The notes under the pieces: generated by a model
Database searches by the model: none
The model's input: only the letters and a program-made list of their open reading frames with translations
What the model was told of the DNA's origin: nothing
Shown: piece by piece, positions 50,079-63,800 of the stretch
Layout: every line of letters starts with the position of its first letter
Position numbering within the stretch: position 1 is the first letter of the stretch
Source: an uncultured bacterium
GTDB taxonomy: Bacteria; Patescibacteriota; Microgenomatia; UBA1400; CG1-02-47-37
Length of the DNA: 64,000 nucleotides
Reading direction: 5' to 3'
Assembly: GCA_963980215.1 (NCBI GenBank)
Contig: CAXBYZ010000002.1
Span: 1,726-65,725, forward strand
Program-made: the position numbers and the translations under genes

Positions 50079-50115
50079 TTTACTACAGGGCGTAATTTAT
50101 TAAGTTTCAATTCAA
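50079..50115 (+). repeat. 37 bp upstream repeat (33/37 identical to 51026-51062)
   Basis: tttactacagggcgtaatttattaagtttcaattcaa vs tttactacaggacgtagattattaagtctcaattcaa. Confidence 0.85.
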
Positions 50116-50154
50116 ATAATACTAATAAATATCTGATACTATTTACTTTATAAT

Positions 50155-50373
50155 ATGACAAAAGTTGAACAACAAATCTCTCAGATAGAATTTGTAACCA
50201 GTATTATAGAGGCGGAAAATTCTCTACTGGAACAAATGCTCAATAGACGCGCAGATGCCATAAATAGATATGCTAAATCACTAACACCAACTTCCTTGCA
50301 TAGAAAAAGCATAGCAGGAAAGCAAGCAGAAGGTTCACCACGCCCCTGGGGTGATGGTTTAGGTCCTACTTAA
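50155..50373 (+). CDS. Small hypothetical protein
   Basis: 72 aa ORF with the same flanking repeats as 51100..52143. Confidence 0.5.
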   Translation: MTKVEQQISQIEFVTSIIEAENSLLEQMLNRRADAINRYAKSLTPTSLHRKSIAGKQAEGSPRPWGDGLGPT

Positions 50374-50710
50374 CAACACACCACCATATAATCAAACAGC
50401 TCCCCTAATCTCTCCCTCTCATTCAACGGCACAAACACCTAATCCCCCACACCCTCCCTCACAAAATAAAATTTACCAAAATGTACTACATCTTAGCAAA
50501 TTTATTTGACAAAATGTATATTTATCCAATCATCCTCACATCTTCTACCTCTCTTTAGGCACAACACCCATAAAAGATCTATTTTCAGTTGTCAAAATTC
50601 TTGGTTTAAGTAAGTTATTGTATTGCTAAAAACACGATTTTAGGTTGTAATATCAGGTAAAAAAGGAGAACCTTTATTGGTCTTTCCACCTTAGTGAAAG
50701 CTACTCAGCC

Positions 50711-50974
50711 TTGGAGTCTGATCTGGTTAAATTGATTGAATTATTAGAGGGAAAGGGAAACTACCCGGTAAGGGCCGTCAGTGATTGGAAAGGAGTGAAA
50801 GACTCTCCTACCAAAAAGAAGCCCGCCACAAACAAACTAATTAATCACAGAGGCATGAAACCACAACAACAAATATCTTTTCTTCGTTGGTACTTTACCT
50901 TTAGTCGGGTTAAAAACAAGCAAGATCTGAGAAAACTATGGGTCTATTGGAAAGCCGTCAATAATTCTGTTTAG
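50711..50974 (+). CDS. Small hypothetical protein (uncertain)
   Basis: 87 aa ORF with TTG start. Confidence 0.3.
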   Translation: MESDLVKLIELLEGKGNYPVRAVSDWKGVKDSPTKKKPATNKLINHRGMKPQQQISFLRWYFTFSRVKNKQDLRKLWVYWKAVNNSV

Positions 50975-51099
50975 CAACACAAAAGGTTACTTAAACTAAA
51001 GTTCCGAACCTTCCTCTAAAATCTCTTTACTACAGGACGTAGATTATTAAGTCTCAATTCAAGTTTCTATAGACTATAGCAGTTAAAATTCCCGGTAAT

Positions 51100-52143
51100 A
51101 TGACCGAAGTTACTCAACCACAATCTAATGAACCGATTGCTGGCTTAACGACCGAAGCTGTAAAGAGAATAAAAGGAGAAGAGCTTGATCCTAACGGCAT
51201 AGTTGAGTTATTTCAGGAACCAGCATATGCTGGTATTCCTCCTCTAGATGTATGGGCTCAAGTAGGTAATTTGGATCTAGCTCTACTAACAATAGACAAT
51301 ATTCAGCTCATTAGAAATATAGGTAATCAAATCCTAAAAGAATCTCAATCAGACACTAGTTTAGACTCAAATGCTTTAGATGCTTTAACTATAATAGCTG
51401 AAAGAGTTTCAAAAATTGGAGATTTTGTACTTGAATCTACATTTCAACCAATAGATGTAATTGGTATGTGTAAGGATATTGATCTTGAAACGCCAGATAC
51501 AATTCTCGATGAATTTAGAAAGCTTCCGAACATCATACAAGAAGAAGAATTATATATTTGGGCAACAGCTTCAAAAATTCCTCTTTCCAGTATTTCCTTC
51601 CCCAATCTAATCTTCTTAATTCAGATCGGAGCTAGAATTAATGGTTTAGAAAACCCAGAACAAGCAATCAAAAAACCTGAATTAGATGGACTTGTTGTTC
51701 TTACAGGGGAACTCAATGAACGAATCACAAGTCTGACTATTGAACAAACAGAAACTCCCAACGCCAATCTCACTCCAAATGAGATAGCTACTTTACTAGA
51801 TGAAGTAAAAACAACAATTTCTGGAAAAAAACTTCACCCTAACCAAGTCGTTAAATTATTCAAAAAAAAAGAAAGTAAGTTTTCTAATCTTCCCGCCATT
51901 AATGTTTGGAGTCAATTGGAAAATCTTTCCCCAGAAGATCTTAGTCTAGAAAACGCTCAATATATGAGTGAATTAGGAGTAAGAGCTATGAGTATAATTA
52001 CTAATAATATCCCTCGATCAGAATTATCTTCACAAGCTAAAGAATTAGTAGAAAAAATAGGAAAAAAAGTAAATAGTATTACCAATGCAATAGTTATAAA
52101 AAACAGTGACATGCAAAAAAATCAACCTCACCCCGCCACCTAA
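51100..52143 (+). CDS. Hypothetical protein with three roughly 100 aa internal repeats
   Basis: LDPNGIVELF...PPLDVWAQVGNL; ETPDTILDEF...LYIWATASKI; LHPNQVVKLF...PAINVWSQLENL. Confidence 0.75.
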   Translation: MTEVTQPQSNEPIAGLTTEAVKRIKGEELDPNGIVELFQEPAYAGIPPLDVWAQVGNLDLALLTIDNIQLIRNIGNQILKESQSDTSLDSNALDALTIIAERVSKIGDFVLESTFQPIDVIGMCKDIDLETPDTILDEFRKLPNIIQEEELYIWATASKIPLSSISFPNLIFLIQIGARINGLENPEQAIKKPELDGLVVLTGELNERITSLTIEQTETPNANLTPNEIATLLDEVKTTISGKKLHPNQVVKLFKKKESKFSNLPAINVWSQLENLSPEDLSLENAQYMSELGVRAMSIITNNIPRSELSSQAKELVEKIGKKVNSITNAIVIKNSDMQKNQPHPAT

Positions 52144-52276
52144 CCTATTGCTCAACTACCCCCCTCCAACTTCTTCTCCAAATACACCACAATATAATCA
52201 AACAACTCAACACATATTTACAGATGACACATTCCACCTATTTTAGGTGGTTTGTATCACCGTATTACCAGCCAAA

Positions 52277-54766
52277 TTACCCCACCACCAAATTCACCAA
52301 TTTCCCCGGCACAAAAATCTCTTTCACAATCTTTTTATCCCCCACAAACTTCTTGACCGCCTCTACTTCTCTAGCTAACTTCAACACCTTCTCTTTATCC
52401 CCGCTCTCCTCTTTACTTATCTCCAGTTGTCCCCTTAATTTACCATTCACCTGGACCACTACAGTCACTTGATCCGACTCAATCAACTTAGCATCATACT
52501 TTGGCCACAACTGCTGATGAATTGAACCTTCACCCCCTAGTTTTGCCCAAACTTCTTCGCTCATGTACGGCGCCATTGGGGCCAATAACTTCACCAGTCT
52601 CATCCCATCCTCACTACTTAAAACCTCCCCCTTCTCCCGCCACACATTCACACACTCCATCATTGAAGCTATAGCTGTGTTATAACTAAATCTCTCCATA
52701 TCCTCGCCCACTTTTTTAATGGTTTGCTCTAATTTTTTTAGTAACTTCTCACTGGTTTTAACCCCCATTTTTCCCTCAAACAAGAGCCACAATCTGTTCA
52801 AAAACTTGCTTATTCCCACCATCCCCGTATCTCGAAAATCCCCACCTTGTTTATAAGGCCCAATAAACATCAAGTACATCCGCAAAGCATCGGCCCCATA
52901 CCTACTCAAGTACTCATCCGGATTGACAATATTACCTTTACTCTTACTCATCTTAGTACCGTCTTTAATAATCAAACCATGACCAAACAAAAATGGGAAC
53001 GGCTCTTCAAAATCAATCATCCCCCAATCTTTTAACGCCATAGTTACAAACCGTGCATACATCAAGTGTAAAACCGCATGTTCGGCTCCGCCAATATAGG
53101 CATCCACCGGTAGCCACTTCTTGACGATTTCATCGTCAAACGGCCATTTCTCCATCACACTCCCGGAGTGTGAACTTCTTTCACTCCGGGAGTGTAAAAT
53201 ACTCGGATACCTTAAAAAATACCAACTGCTGTCCAAAAAAGTGTCAGATACATCCGTCTCCCTCTTAGCTTTACCACCACACTTAGGACAGTCAGTATAT
53301 AACCAGCTCTCGTCCGCCTTCTCCAAAGGTGACTTGCCATCCCCGGTCGGCTTGTAATCTTGTACCTCCGGCAACCTCACCGGCAAGTTCTCCAACTTCT
53401 CGGGCACAAAACCACACTTCTCACACTCGATCATCGGAATCGGTGGCCCCCAGTAACGCTGACGCGAAATACACCAATCCCGCAATCGGTAGCTCACCAC
53501 CCGTTTCCCCCAACCTTTTTCCTCAAAATAATCCATTATCTTTTCTGTTGCCTTGTGAATATCCATTCCATCCAAAAACTCAGAGTTTATCATCGTCCCC
53601 TCATCCTCTTGGACCTGCTCCACCTTAGTTATCTCACTCTTATCACCATCACTAGCCACTACCACCCTAATCACCTCTAAATTAAACTCTTTTGCAAACT
53701 CAAAGTCCCGCTCATCGTGCCCCGGTACTCCGACTACCGCCCCGGTTCCCACATGGCCCAAAACAAAATCTGTCACAAAAATCGGCATCTCTCGACCAGT
53801 TAAATCATTAATCGCCACCAATCCGGTATCCACTCCCGTCTTCTTTTTCCCTTCGGCAATCCTATCTATCTCACTCTTCTTTAATGCCTTCTTCACATAC
53901 TCTTCCACCGCTTTTTTATCTTTCACTTTAATTTCACCAGCAATCATCTTCTTGACCAACTCATGCTCGGGTCCCACCACCACAAACGTCGCCCCAAAAT
54001 TCGTATCCGGCCTAGTCGTAAAACATTTCACACACACTGGTTCCGAACCAGTGTGTAAACCTTTAATTTGGTATGATATATCAACCCCTGTCTTCCTCCC
54101 AATCCAGTTCTTCTGGGCAATCTTGATCTTCTCTGGCCAATCAATCTTGTCAATGTTATCCAGTAATCTCTGAGCGTACTCGGTAATCTTAAAAAACCAC
54201 TGAAACGTTTCCTTTTTGGTCGTCTCGGTCTTGCACCGCTCACACTGCCCTGCTTCCACTTGCTCATCGGACAGCACTGTCATACATGACGGACACCAAT
54301 TCACCAAGGATTTTTTTCGATAAGCCAACCCCTTCTCAAACATCTTCACAAACAACCACTGGGTCCACTTGTAATACTCCGGATCGTAAGTTTCCAGTCG
54401 ATTATCCCAAGAAAACCGATTACCAATTTTTAACAACTGCTCGTAAAAATGTTTCTGGCTAATCTTGGCCTGTTCCGCCGGGTGCTTACCAATCTTAATG
54501 GCATAGTTCTCGCTGTGTATCCCAAAGCCATCCAAACCAATCGGCTCAAACACATCGTACCCTTGCATCGCCTTAAACCGCCCATAAAAATCCGCCCCGG
54601 TAAAGGCATACATGTTACCTACATGAAGTCCCTCAGCACTAGGATAGGGAAACATCATTAGGTTATAAAAAGGCTTCTTAGCTTTATCTAAATCCACCTT
54701 ATACGTCCCCTGTTCTCGCCAGGTTTTATTCCACTTCTCCTCAATTTTTTTATGATCAAAACTCAT
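52277..54766 (-). CDS. leuS: Leucine--tRNA ligase
   Basis: MFPYPSAEGLHVGN, FTTRPDT, DWCISRQRYWG, GGAEHAVLHL, KMSKS, VQVNGKLR. Confidence 0.97.
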   Translation of the reverse strand: MSFDHKKIEEKWNKTWREQGTYKVDLDKAKKPFYNLMMFPYPSAEGLHVGNMYAFTGADFYGRFKAMQGYDVFEPIGLDGFGIHSENYAIKIGKHPAEQAKISQKHFYEQLLKIGNRFSWDNRLETYDPEYYKWTQWLFVKMFEKGLAYRKKSLVNWCPSCMTVLSDEQVEAGQCERCKTETTKKETFQWFFKITEYAQRLLDNIDKIDWPEKIKIAQKNWIGRKTGVDISYQIKGLHTGSEPVCVKCFTTRPDTNFGATFVVVGPEHELVKKMIAGEIKVKDKKAVEEYVKKALKKSEIDRIAEGKKKTGVDTGLVAINDLTGREMPIFVTDFVLGHVGTGAVVGVPGHDERDFEFAKEFNLEVIRVVVASDGDKSEITKVEQVQEDEGTMINSEFLDGMDIHKATEKIMDYFEEKGWGKRVVSYRLRDWCISRQRYWGPPIPMIECEKCGFVPEKLENLPVRLPEVQDYKPTGDGKSPLEKADESWLYTDCPKCGGKAKRETDVSDTFLDSSWYFLRYPSILHSRSERSSHSGSVMEKWPFDDEIVKKWLPVDAYIGGAEHAVLHLMYARFVTMALKDWGMIDFEEPFPFLFGHGLIIKDGTKMSKSKGNIVNPDEYLSRYGADALRMYLMFIGPYKQGGDFRDTGMVGISKFLNRLWLLFEGKMGVKTSEKLLKKLEQTIKKVGEDMERFSYNTAIASMMECVNVWREKGEVLSSEDGMRLVKLLAPMAPYMSEEVWAKLGGEGSIHQQLWPKYDAKLIESDQVTVVVQVNGKLRGQLEISKEESGDKEKVLKLAREVEAVKKFVGDKKIVKEIFVPGKLVNLVVG
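53155..53195. repeat. Composite family C-like element inside leuS
   Basis: tcacactcc-c-ggagtgtga-acttcttt-cactcc-g-ggagtgt. Confidence 0.88.
54032..54056. repeat. Family A palindrome inside leuS
   Basis: acacactggttc-c-gaaccagtgtgt, encodes HTGSEPVC. Confidence 0.9.
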
Positions 54767-54856
54767 ACCTGTTAGTATACCAAACAAAACTATATCCCCA
54801 CAAACACAAAAAAACTTGACTTTTTCTACATTCAATGTAATAATAGTCTATACTAA

Positions 54857-56017
54857 ATGAACATTCGACACCTAGATAACTCCATCAGTTCTCACTTTGA
54901 CACCTATCGTCAAGCTATAATTTTACTCGGAGCTCGTCAAGTTGGTAAAACCACTTTACTAAAAAAACTCTTTCCCAAAGCTCACTATCTTCTCCTTGAC
55001 AACCAACACACCAAGCAAGTTCTAGAAAGTTATGATATCAATACCTACCGTCAAATATTGGGCCAACACAAAGTTGTCATTCTAGATGAACTTCACCTAC
55101 TTACCAATCCCGGTAGAGCTGTCAAAATCATCTACGACCAACTCCCCTCTATTAAGCTTGTTGTCACTGGCTCATCCTCTTTTCACATCAAAAATAAAAC
55201 TTCTGAAAGTATGGCCGGCCGAAAAATAGACTACCACCTATACCCGCTTACTTTTTCAGAATACTTAGTTCAAACCAAAGTTGAATCATCTTTAAATACC
55301 CGTCTCCTTGACCATCTGATTCAGAATTCCCCACCTTCCATTCACAGCTACTCTCCATCAGAAATTGCCAGCAACGCCATGGTATTCGGTCTCTACCCGG
55401 AGATAATTAATCTTCCTCAAAACACTACCTACCTTTCCAACTTAGCCGACTCTGCCATCTTCAAAGACATTCTTGAATTAAATTTAATCGATAATCAAAC
55501 CAAAGCCAAACAACTCCTAAAACTTCTAGCTCACCAAATTGGCAATCTCATTAATTATTCAGAATTAAGCAATAAACTTGGGCTTGACCAACGTACTGTT
55601 AAAAAATATATCGAAATTTTTGAGCAAAGTTTCATTGTTTACAGACTATATCCCTACTCCACTAGAACTCGTAATGAACTTACCAAAACTCCAAAAATCT
55701 ACTTCTGGGATCTTGGTCTAAGAAATGCAATTATCAACAACTTTGAACCCATAACCCTCAGGCCAGACGCCGGCGCTCTCTTTGAAAACTTTATTATCAC
55801 CGAAATTCACAAACTTAATATCTATACCAGCGCCAACTATAAACTTCACTATTGGCGCACCAAGGCCGGAGCCGAAATAGATTTGGTATTAACGAAAAAT
55901 AACAACCTTTATGCTTGTGAAATAAAACTAACTAATGGTCGCCTCACCCCCGCTTTCAAATCTCGCTATCCTGACGCCAAAACCAAACTCATCAATCTCA
56001 ATAACTTTTATCCTTAA
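54857..56017 (+). CDS. AAA_14 / DUF4143 ATP-binding protein
   Basis: GARQVGKT, ILDELH, TGSSS, KIYFWDLG, EIDLV. Confidence 0.88.
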   Translation: MNIRHLDNSISSHFDTYRQAIILLGARQVGKTTLLKKLFPKAHYLLLDNQHTKQVLESYDINTYRQILGQHKVVILDELHLLTNPGRAVKIIYDQLPSIKLVVTGSSSFHIKNKTSESMAGRKIDYHLYPLTFSEYLVQTKVESSLNTRLLDHLIQNSPPSIHSYSPSEIASNAMVFGLYPEIINLPQNTTYLSNLADSAIFKDILELNLIDNQTKAKQLLKLLAHQIGNLINYSELSNKLGLDQRTVKKYIEIFEQSFIVYRLYPYSTRTRNELTKTPKIYFWDLGLRNAIINNFEPITLRPDAGALFENFIITEIHKLNIYTSANYKLHYWRTKAGAEIDLVLTKNNNLYACEIKLTNGRLTPAFKSRYPDAKTKLINLNNFYP

Positions 56018-56018
56018 A

Positions 56019-58488
<2,470 letters not shown>

Positions 58489-58499
<11 letters not shown>

Positions 58500-59889
58500 T
58501 TTTTATCAACCTCTTCACTAATTTCTTCTTAATTGTAGATAAATCACTACACCCATCCACTAATTTCTCCACCTTATCAATAAAATCATCATCAATCTTG
58601 ATCTCCTTTTTAGCCGACCATTTTCCTATCAAAATCATCACCCCCAGATAACTAATTACCTTTGAGTCCAAATTCAACCACTGCTCGTTTCTCAAAAACC
58701 TCCACAAACTCTCACCCCTTGATAAAATTCTCTTAAAACTCTCAGACAACTCCGCCCCAAACTTGGTATATCTCTGGGTCTTCTCATACTGAGTAATTAA
58801 ACTCAATAACTCCCGAGATAACTCCCGTCTTAGTGGTGTTTGAGCCTGGCGCCCCACCCTGGTCACCGATAAAAATGGGTTTATGGCCGGCCGAACCCCT
58901 TTAACATACAACTCATTATCAAAATAAACATGACCGTCGGTCATACTCATCAAGTTAGTCGGAATATAACCAGTCAAGTCTCCAGCCTTGGTGTGACAAA
59001 TGGGTAAACAAGAAATACTTCCCTCTTTTTTAGAAAAATTTCCGGCCCTTTCAAGAAGGCTGGAGTGAACATAAAAAATATCACCAGGGTAAGATTCTCG
59101 CCCCGGAAAACTCTGGCCAAGCAAAGCTAGCTCCCGATAAAATTGAGCGTGGGTAGATAAATCGTCCATCACCAAAATAACCCTCTTTCCTCTAGACATA
59201 AAGTACTCAGAAATGGTCATTGCCGCATACGGAGCTTCAAAAATCTCTCCCAAACTATCAGCTGAGCTTGCCGCCACTACCACACATTTTTTTAAGATTT
59301 TAGCTTTCTTTAATCGACTCACCACCGCCATAATTTCCGACTTTCGTTTGCCAATACAAGCATACACCCCGATCGCCCCCCGACTCACTTGAAACTCTAA
59401 AATCTTTAACGCCAAGTCACTCTTACCAGTGGTTCTGTCTCCCACCAACAGCTCCCGCTGGCCCTCACCCATCGGCACCATCAAATCAACCACTGGCACT
59501 CCGGTTTCCAAAGCCTGGCTAATTCTCTCCCTCACTTCAATCCCTGCCGGCTGTACTTTTGTTTCATGACCCTTCATCAAATGAGCTTCATTTTTTGTTC
59601 CCACAATCTTCTCTCCCAATGCATTATAAACTTTTCCTAGTAATTGCTCGTGAGTTCTAAGCTTAAACCTAGATCCTGTTCCGGCTACTTTCGTTCCCAC
59701 CTTGATTGACTCTCGCGAAAAGACCACTGCTTCCGCCCCAGTTTCCTCAATTTCTCTTACCTGACCCCACTGTCCGGACCTAAACTTTAGCACCTCCCCT
59801 ACCACCACTTTTTTTAATCCATTCACCATCACCAACGACTGATTTACCTTAATTACCTCCCCCAAATATCTTTGTTTTGACTCTGTCAT
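58489..59889 (-). CDS. atpA: F1 ATPase alpha subunit (divergent, N-terminally short)
   Basis: GQRELLVGDRTTGKS, DDLSTHA, PGRESYPGDIFY.HS.LLERAG, YIPTNLMSMTDG, SVTRVG. Confidence 0.9.
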
Positions 59890-59920
59890 AATATTATTTA
59901 ATATATCAATATATAAATTA

Positions 59921-60724
59921 CTAGATCGTTAATATAAAGTAAGCTGCCAGCAAACCTACCCCCATCACTACAGCAGTTAAGATTAAATTTAGTCCCATAC
60001 TAAACTGAATCTTGCCCATAGCCCTAGGATTTCTCCCTACCGACTCGACTCCACTCTTGACCACTTTTCCAAAAAATCCAACTCCCACCGCTACTCCAAC
60101 CGCTGTCACCAAGGCCGCCAATGCATGTCTAAAACCCACTCGAGCTGGACCAGCAATAATCCGTATTTGATTTCTAACTCTATCCACCATGGTTCTGGCC
60201 TCAAGCACTACCGGTCGAATATTTAACTCCACTAACACCTTACTGATCTCTTTTAGGTCTTGAGAATCATAATCTTCCAGAGAAATGCCCAACATCTGAC
60301 CAGATCTAGCCGCCTTCTGGCCCACCCCTGGAACTTCAGAACTAGTAATGTAGTCGCCTTTCTTGATCTCTCCTCCTTGATTAGTCACCTGAACATAGAC
60401 TCTCCCTGAAGTAATAATTGGTCTAGTGTTTAACTCAGTCGTGTTAATTAAAGCTACCGCCGGTGAATCATCAATCACTCCATACATATCCTGAGAATAG
60501 CTTTGCTCACACAAAACCTTGCCAAACTGAGTATCGCAAATTATCAAGCCATCAGCCACTTCCACTAAAGCCTCATTTAACTGAACCTCAACCGCAACCC
60601 CCGGCGCCATCGCCTGTGCCGAACGCACAGAAAAAAGGTCCGTTTTTGAAGGTACTCCTTTAAGGCCGAACCTTAATGGAATTAACAAACAAATAAAAGT
60701 GAGTAAGGCAGTCAGTACTTTCAT
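59921..60724 (-). CDS. Exported beta-rich domain fused to an ATP synthase subunit-c-like hairpin
   Basis: Signal peptide; GRVYVQV...IKKGDYITSS..PGVGQKA; C-terminal GVAVGVG...GVESVGRNPRA plus second TM. Confidence 0.7.
   Translation of the reverse strand: MKVLTALLTFICLLIPLRFGLKGVPSKTDLFSVRSAQAMAPGVAVEVQLNEALVEVADGLIICDTQFGKVLCEQSYSQDMYGVIDDSPAVALINTTELNTRPIITSGRVYVQVTNQGGEIKKGDYITSSEVPGVGQKAARSGQMLGISLEDYDSQDLKEISKVLVELNIRPVVLEARTMVDRVRNQIRIIAGPARVGFRHALAALVTAVGVAVGVGFFGKVVKSGVESVGRNPRAMGKIQFSMGLNLILTAVVMGVGLLAAYFILTI
60635..60674. repeat. Family D composite palindrome in the signal-peptide region
   Basis: 38/40 identical to 784-823. Confidence 0.9.
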
Positions 60725-60869
60725 GCTTAACCAGTATGACTAATAACCTCAAACTATGTCAAGGTACCAATACTTAGACAAACTTGGACATACATACCCA
60801 ATTTTACTCTTGACAAAGCCCCTCAAGCTGTGAGCATAATATATTACTTATTATATATAGTCAGTTAAC

Positions 60870-63800
60870 ATGTCTCTGCCCAACGACTTCAAACTCTCCA
60901 TCCAAGATGCCGCTGACCGCTTGGGTGTCTCCACCAAAACTCTTAGACGCTGGGAAACCAAAGGTTTAATTACCCCTCACCGCACTGTTGGCAATCAACG
61001 CCGCTACTCCCTCACCCAAATAGATACCTTTCAACAACAATCCACTTCCCAAGCAACTACTCCAAACTTGAAGGTAAGTTCTACCGGGTCCCTTAAACCA
61101 GTTCTAGCTGCTTTATTCTTAATTACCCTTCCCTTAGCCTCTCTATTTTTCAAACCCAAATTCATCTCTCCGATTTCTCAATCAAAAACCAACATTCTTG
61201 GTCAATTTAACACTTCTCCTCTTTCTCCCACCCAAAGTCACGTTTTAGGCAACCAAGCCATCAAATCAGACTATGTATTTAACGTCAATGTCCCAGCCAG
61301 TTTTAATGATTTAGTCTCTCTCTACTCAGCTTCTGTCTCCGGCAATCTTACCGTCCAAGGTCAAATCGTCAACCCCAATCTTCTTACCGGTTTAATAGCC
61401 GGCGAAGGTTTAGAAGTCACCGCCGGCCAATCCCCGATTATCTCAAATCTCGACCCCGGCTCCGGTCAATTTATTTTTTCAACTATTAAACTTGGTGATA
61501 ACTCCGTCACTGCCGGCAGTAATACCGATACTTTTGAATTCACGGCCGGAGGCACTACTTCCCTCTCTTTAGACACCACCAACAAAAAGCTAACCATCAC
61601 CGGAGCTACCCCAAACTACACCGAGTCCGGCTGGACCAATGCCTCCGGCAAAGTCACTCTCTCTACTATCACAGACAATATCGGTATTGGTACCTCTAAC
61701 CCAGCCTACAAACTTGAAGTCACCGGCACCGGTTACTTTTCCGATACCTTAACCGCCAACAACGGCCTCATCGTTACTGGAGCTGCCAACATCTCCAACT
61801 CCACCACTATCACCGGTGCTCTTCAAGTAAACAACTCCACTGCCAGTAACACCGACTTTAATATCAACGGCTCTGGTGATCTCACCATCTCCGACTCCGG
61901 CACTCCATTTATTACCTTTAGTGATAACGGCAACATCACCCTAGCCAACGACGCTCTCCTAGATTTATCCAATGTCACTCACGACGACTCCGCCGCCCAA
62001 GGCTTTATCCTCCCTCAAGCCGACTCCCTTGCCTCTCCATCTTCCGGTGAAGGTTACTTGGCTTGGGACTCAGACGACGACTCTCTAAAAGTCTTTAACG
62101 GCTCGGTCTGGGCCGACGTCGCAGGTTCAGGTTCCAGTAAATGGACTGATGGCGGCACCACTACTTATCTCACTGCCAACGACAACATCGGCATCGGCAC
62201 CACCAATGCTACCCAAAAACTTCAAGTGGCCGGCACCATTCAAGCCACCGGCTTCAAACTCACTACTGGCGCTACTACTAACTATGTTCTAACTTCTGAT
62301 GCCGATGGCGTTGGTACTTGGCAAGTTGCTTCCGGTGGTTCCGGCACTATCGACGGTTCCGGCACTTCAAACTATCTTTCCAAGTGGTCAGACTCAGACA
62401 CCCTCACTTCTTCTCTTCTCTTTGACACTGGTACTAATATTGGTTTAGGTACCACCAACCCCACTACCCAACTCTACCTCACTGGAGATCTCACTATTGC
62501 CGGTGGAGACTTAATCATTGGGGCTACTAATATTTTTTCAGGTGGTGACACCACTAGTCTAAATAACCTTGACGGCATCGATGCCACCACCGAATCTACC
62601 TTTGAATCTGCTCTAGATATTGCCGGAGACATCACCGGCACCGGCCTATCTTCCGTCACCATAAACGCCAACACCATAGACGACTCCGAACTTGTCAACG
62701 CTCTTACCTACACAGGATCCTTAACTCTCTCTAACGCTCTCACCCTATCTACCGTCTCCGCAGACACAGACAACACTGTTCTAATTTTAAACTCCTCCGG
62801 GGCCGTCACCAGTGACGAAATCGATCCTCGTGCATGGGGATCAACTTTACTAGACGACACAGATATCGACTCTACAGTTCAAAGCTATAACGCCAACACT
62901 TCCCTCATCGGCCAAACCATAGAAACCGGAGAGATCACCAACGATACTATTTTAGAAATCGACTTTAACTCCACCAACGCTCCCACAGATAACTACGTTC
63001 TGTCCTACGACTCAGCTTCCGGTGGCTTTACTTGGGCAGAAGACGCTGGCGGCGGCGGAGGCTCAAGTTTATTCACCGATGGCGGTACCACTACTTACCT
63101 TACTTCCCTCACCGACGATCTTGGTATTGGCGGTACCGGCCCCGAAGCCTCACTCTTTTTTGATCAATCTGCTTCTGCTTTAACTCTCAACCCCTACAAC
63201 ACCGCTTCTGGTAATACCGGCGAAATTAGACTAACTGAACTAGTAGCCAACGGCTCAAACTACTCCGGCTTTAAGGCTCCCGATTCTCTTGCAGATAACG
63301 TCATCTACACTCTCCCTTCTGCCGATGGTTCTTCTAACCAAGTTCTAGCCACCGATGCTTCCGGCAACCTCTCTTGGATCGATGTTTCTGCTGGTGCCGG
63401 TGGTGGTGTTTGGTCAGACGGTGGTACTTACCTTAAACCAACCAACAACGAATCCATGCGAGTCTATGACTCCGGTGGCACCGACTATATTGATATCTCT
63501 CACGATGGCACCAACGCCAACCTCACTTTTGCTAGCACTTCCTTATACACCATTGACACTTCCGACCTTGCCCTTGAACTCTCCTCAGGCAATCTTGGTC
63601 TTGGGACTACCGCTCCTGGTTACAAGTTAGATGTTAGTGGCACCGCCGGTTTCTCATCAACCATCTATGCTCCTAGTATTGGAGCCGGTACAGACAACTC
63701 CGTCATTGTCTTAAACTCCTCAGGAAACTTAGTTACCGACGAAATCGATCCAAGAGTCTGGGGATCTACTCTAGTTGATGACTCAGATATTGGCTCAACC

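Noticed and set aside
50079-50115. dif/XerCD site
   Set aside because: Poor match to the 11-6-11 dif layout and XerD arm; kept only as an unexplained repeat.
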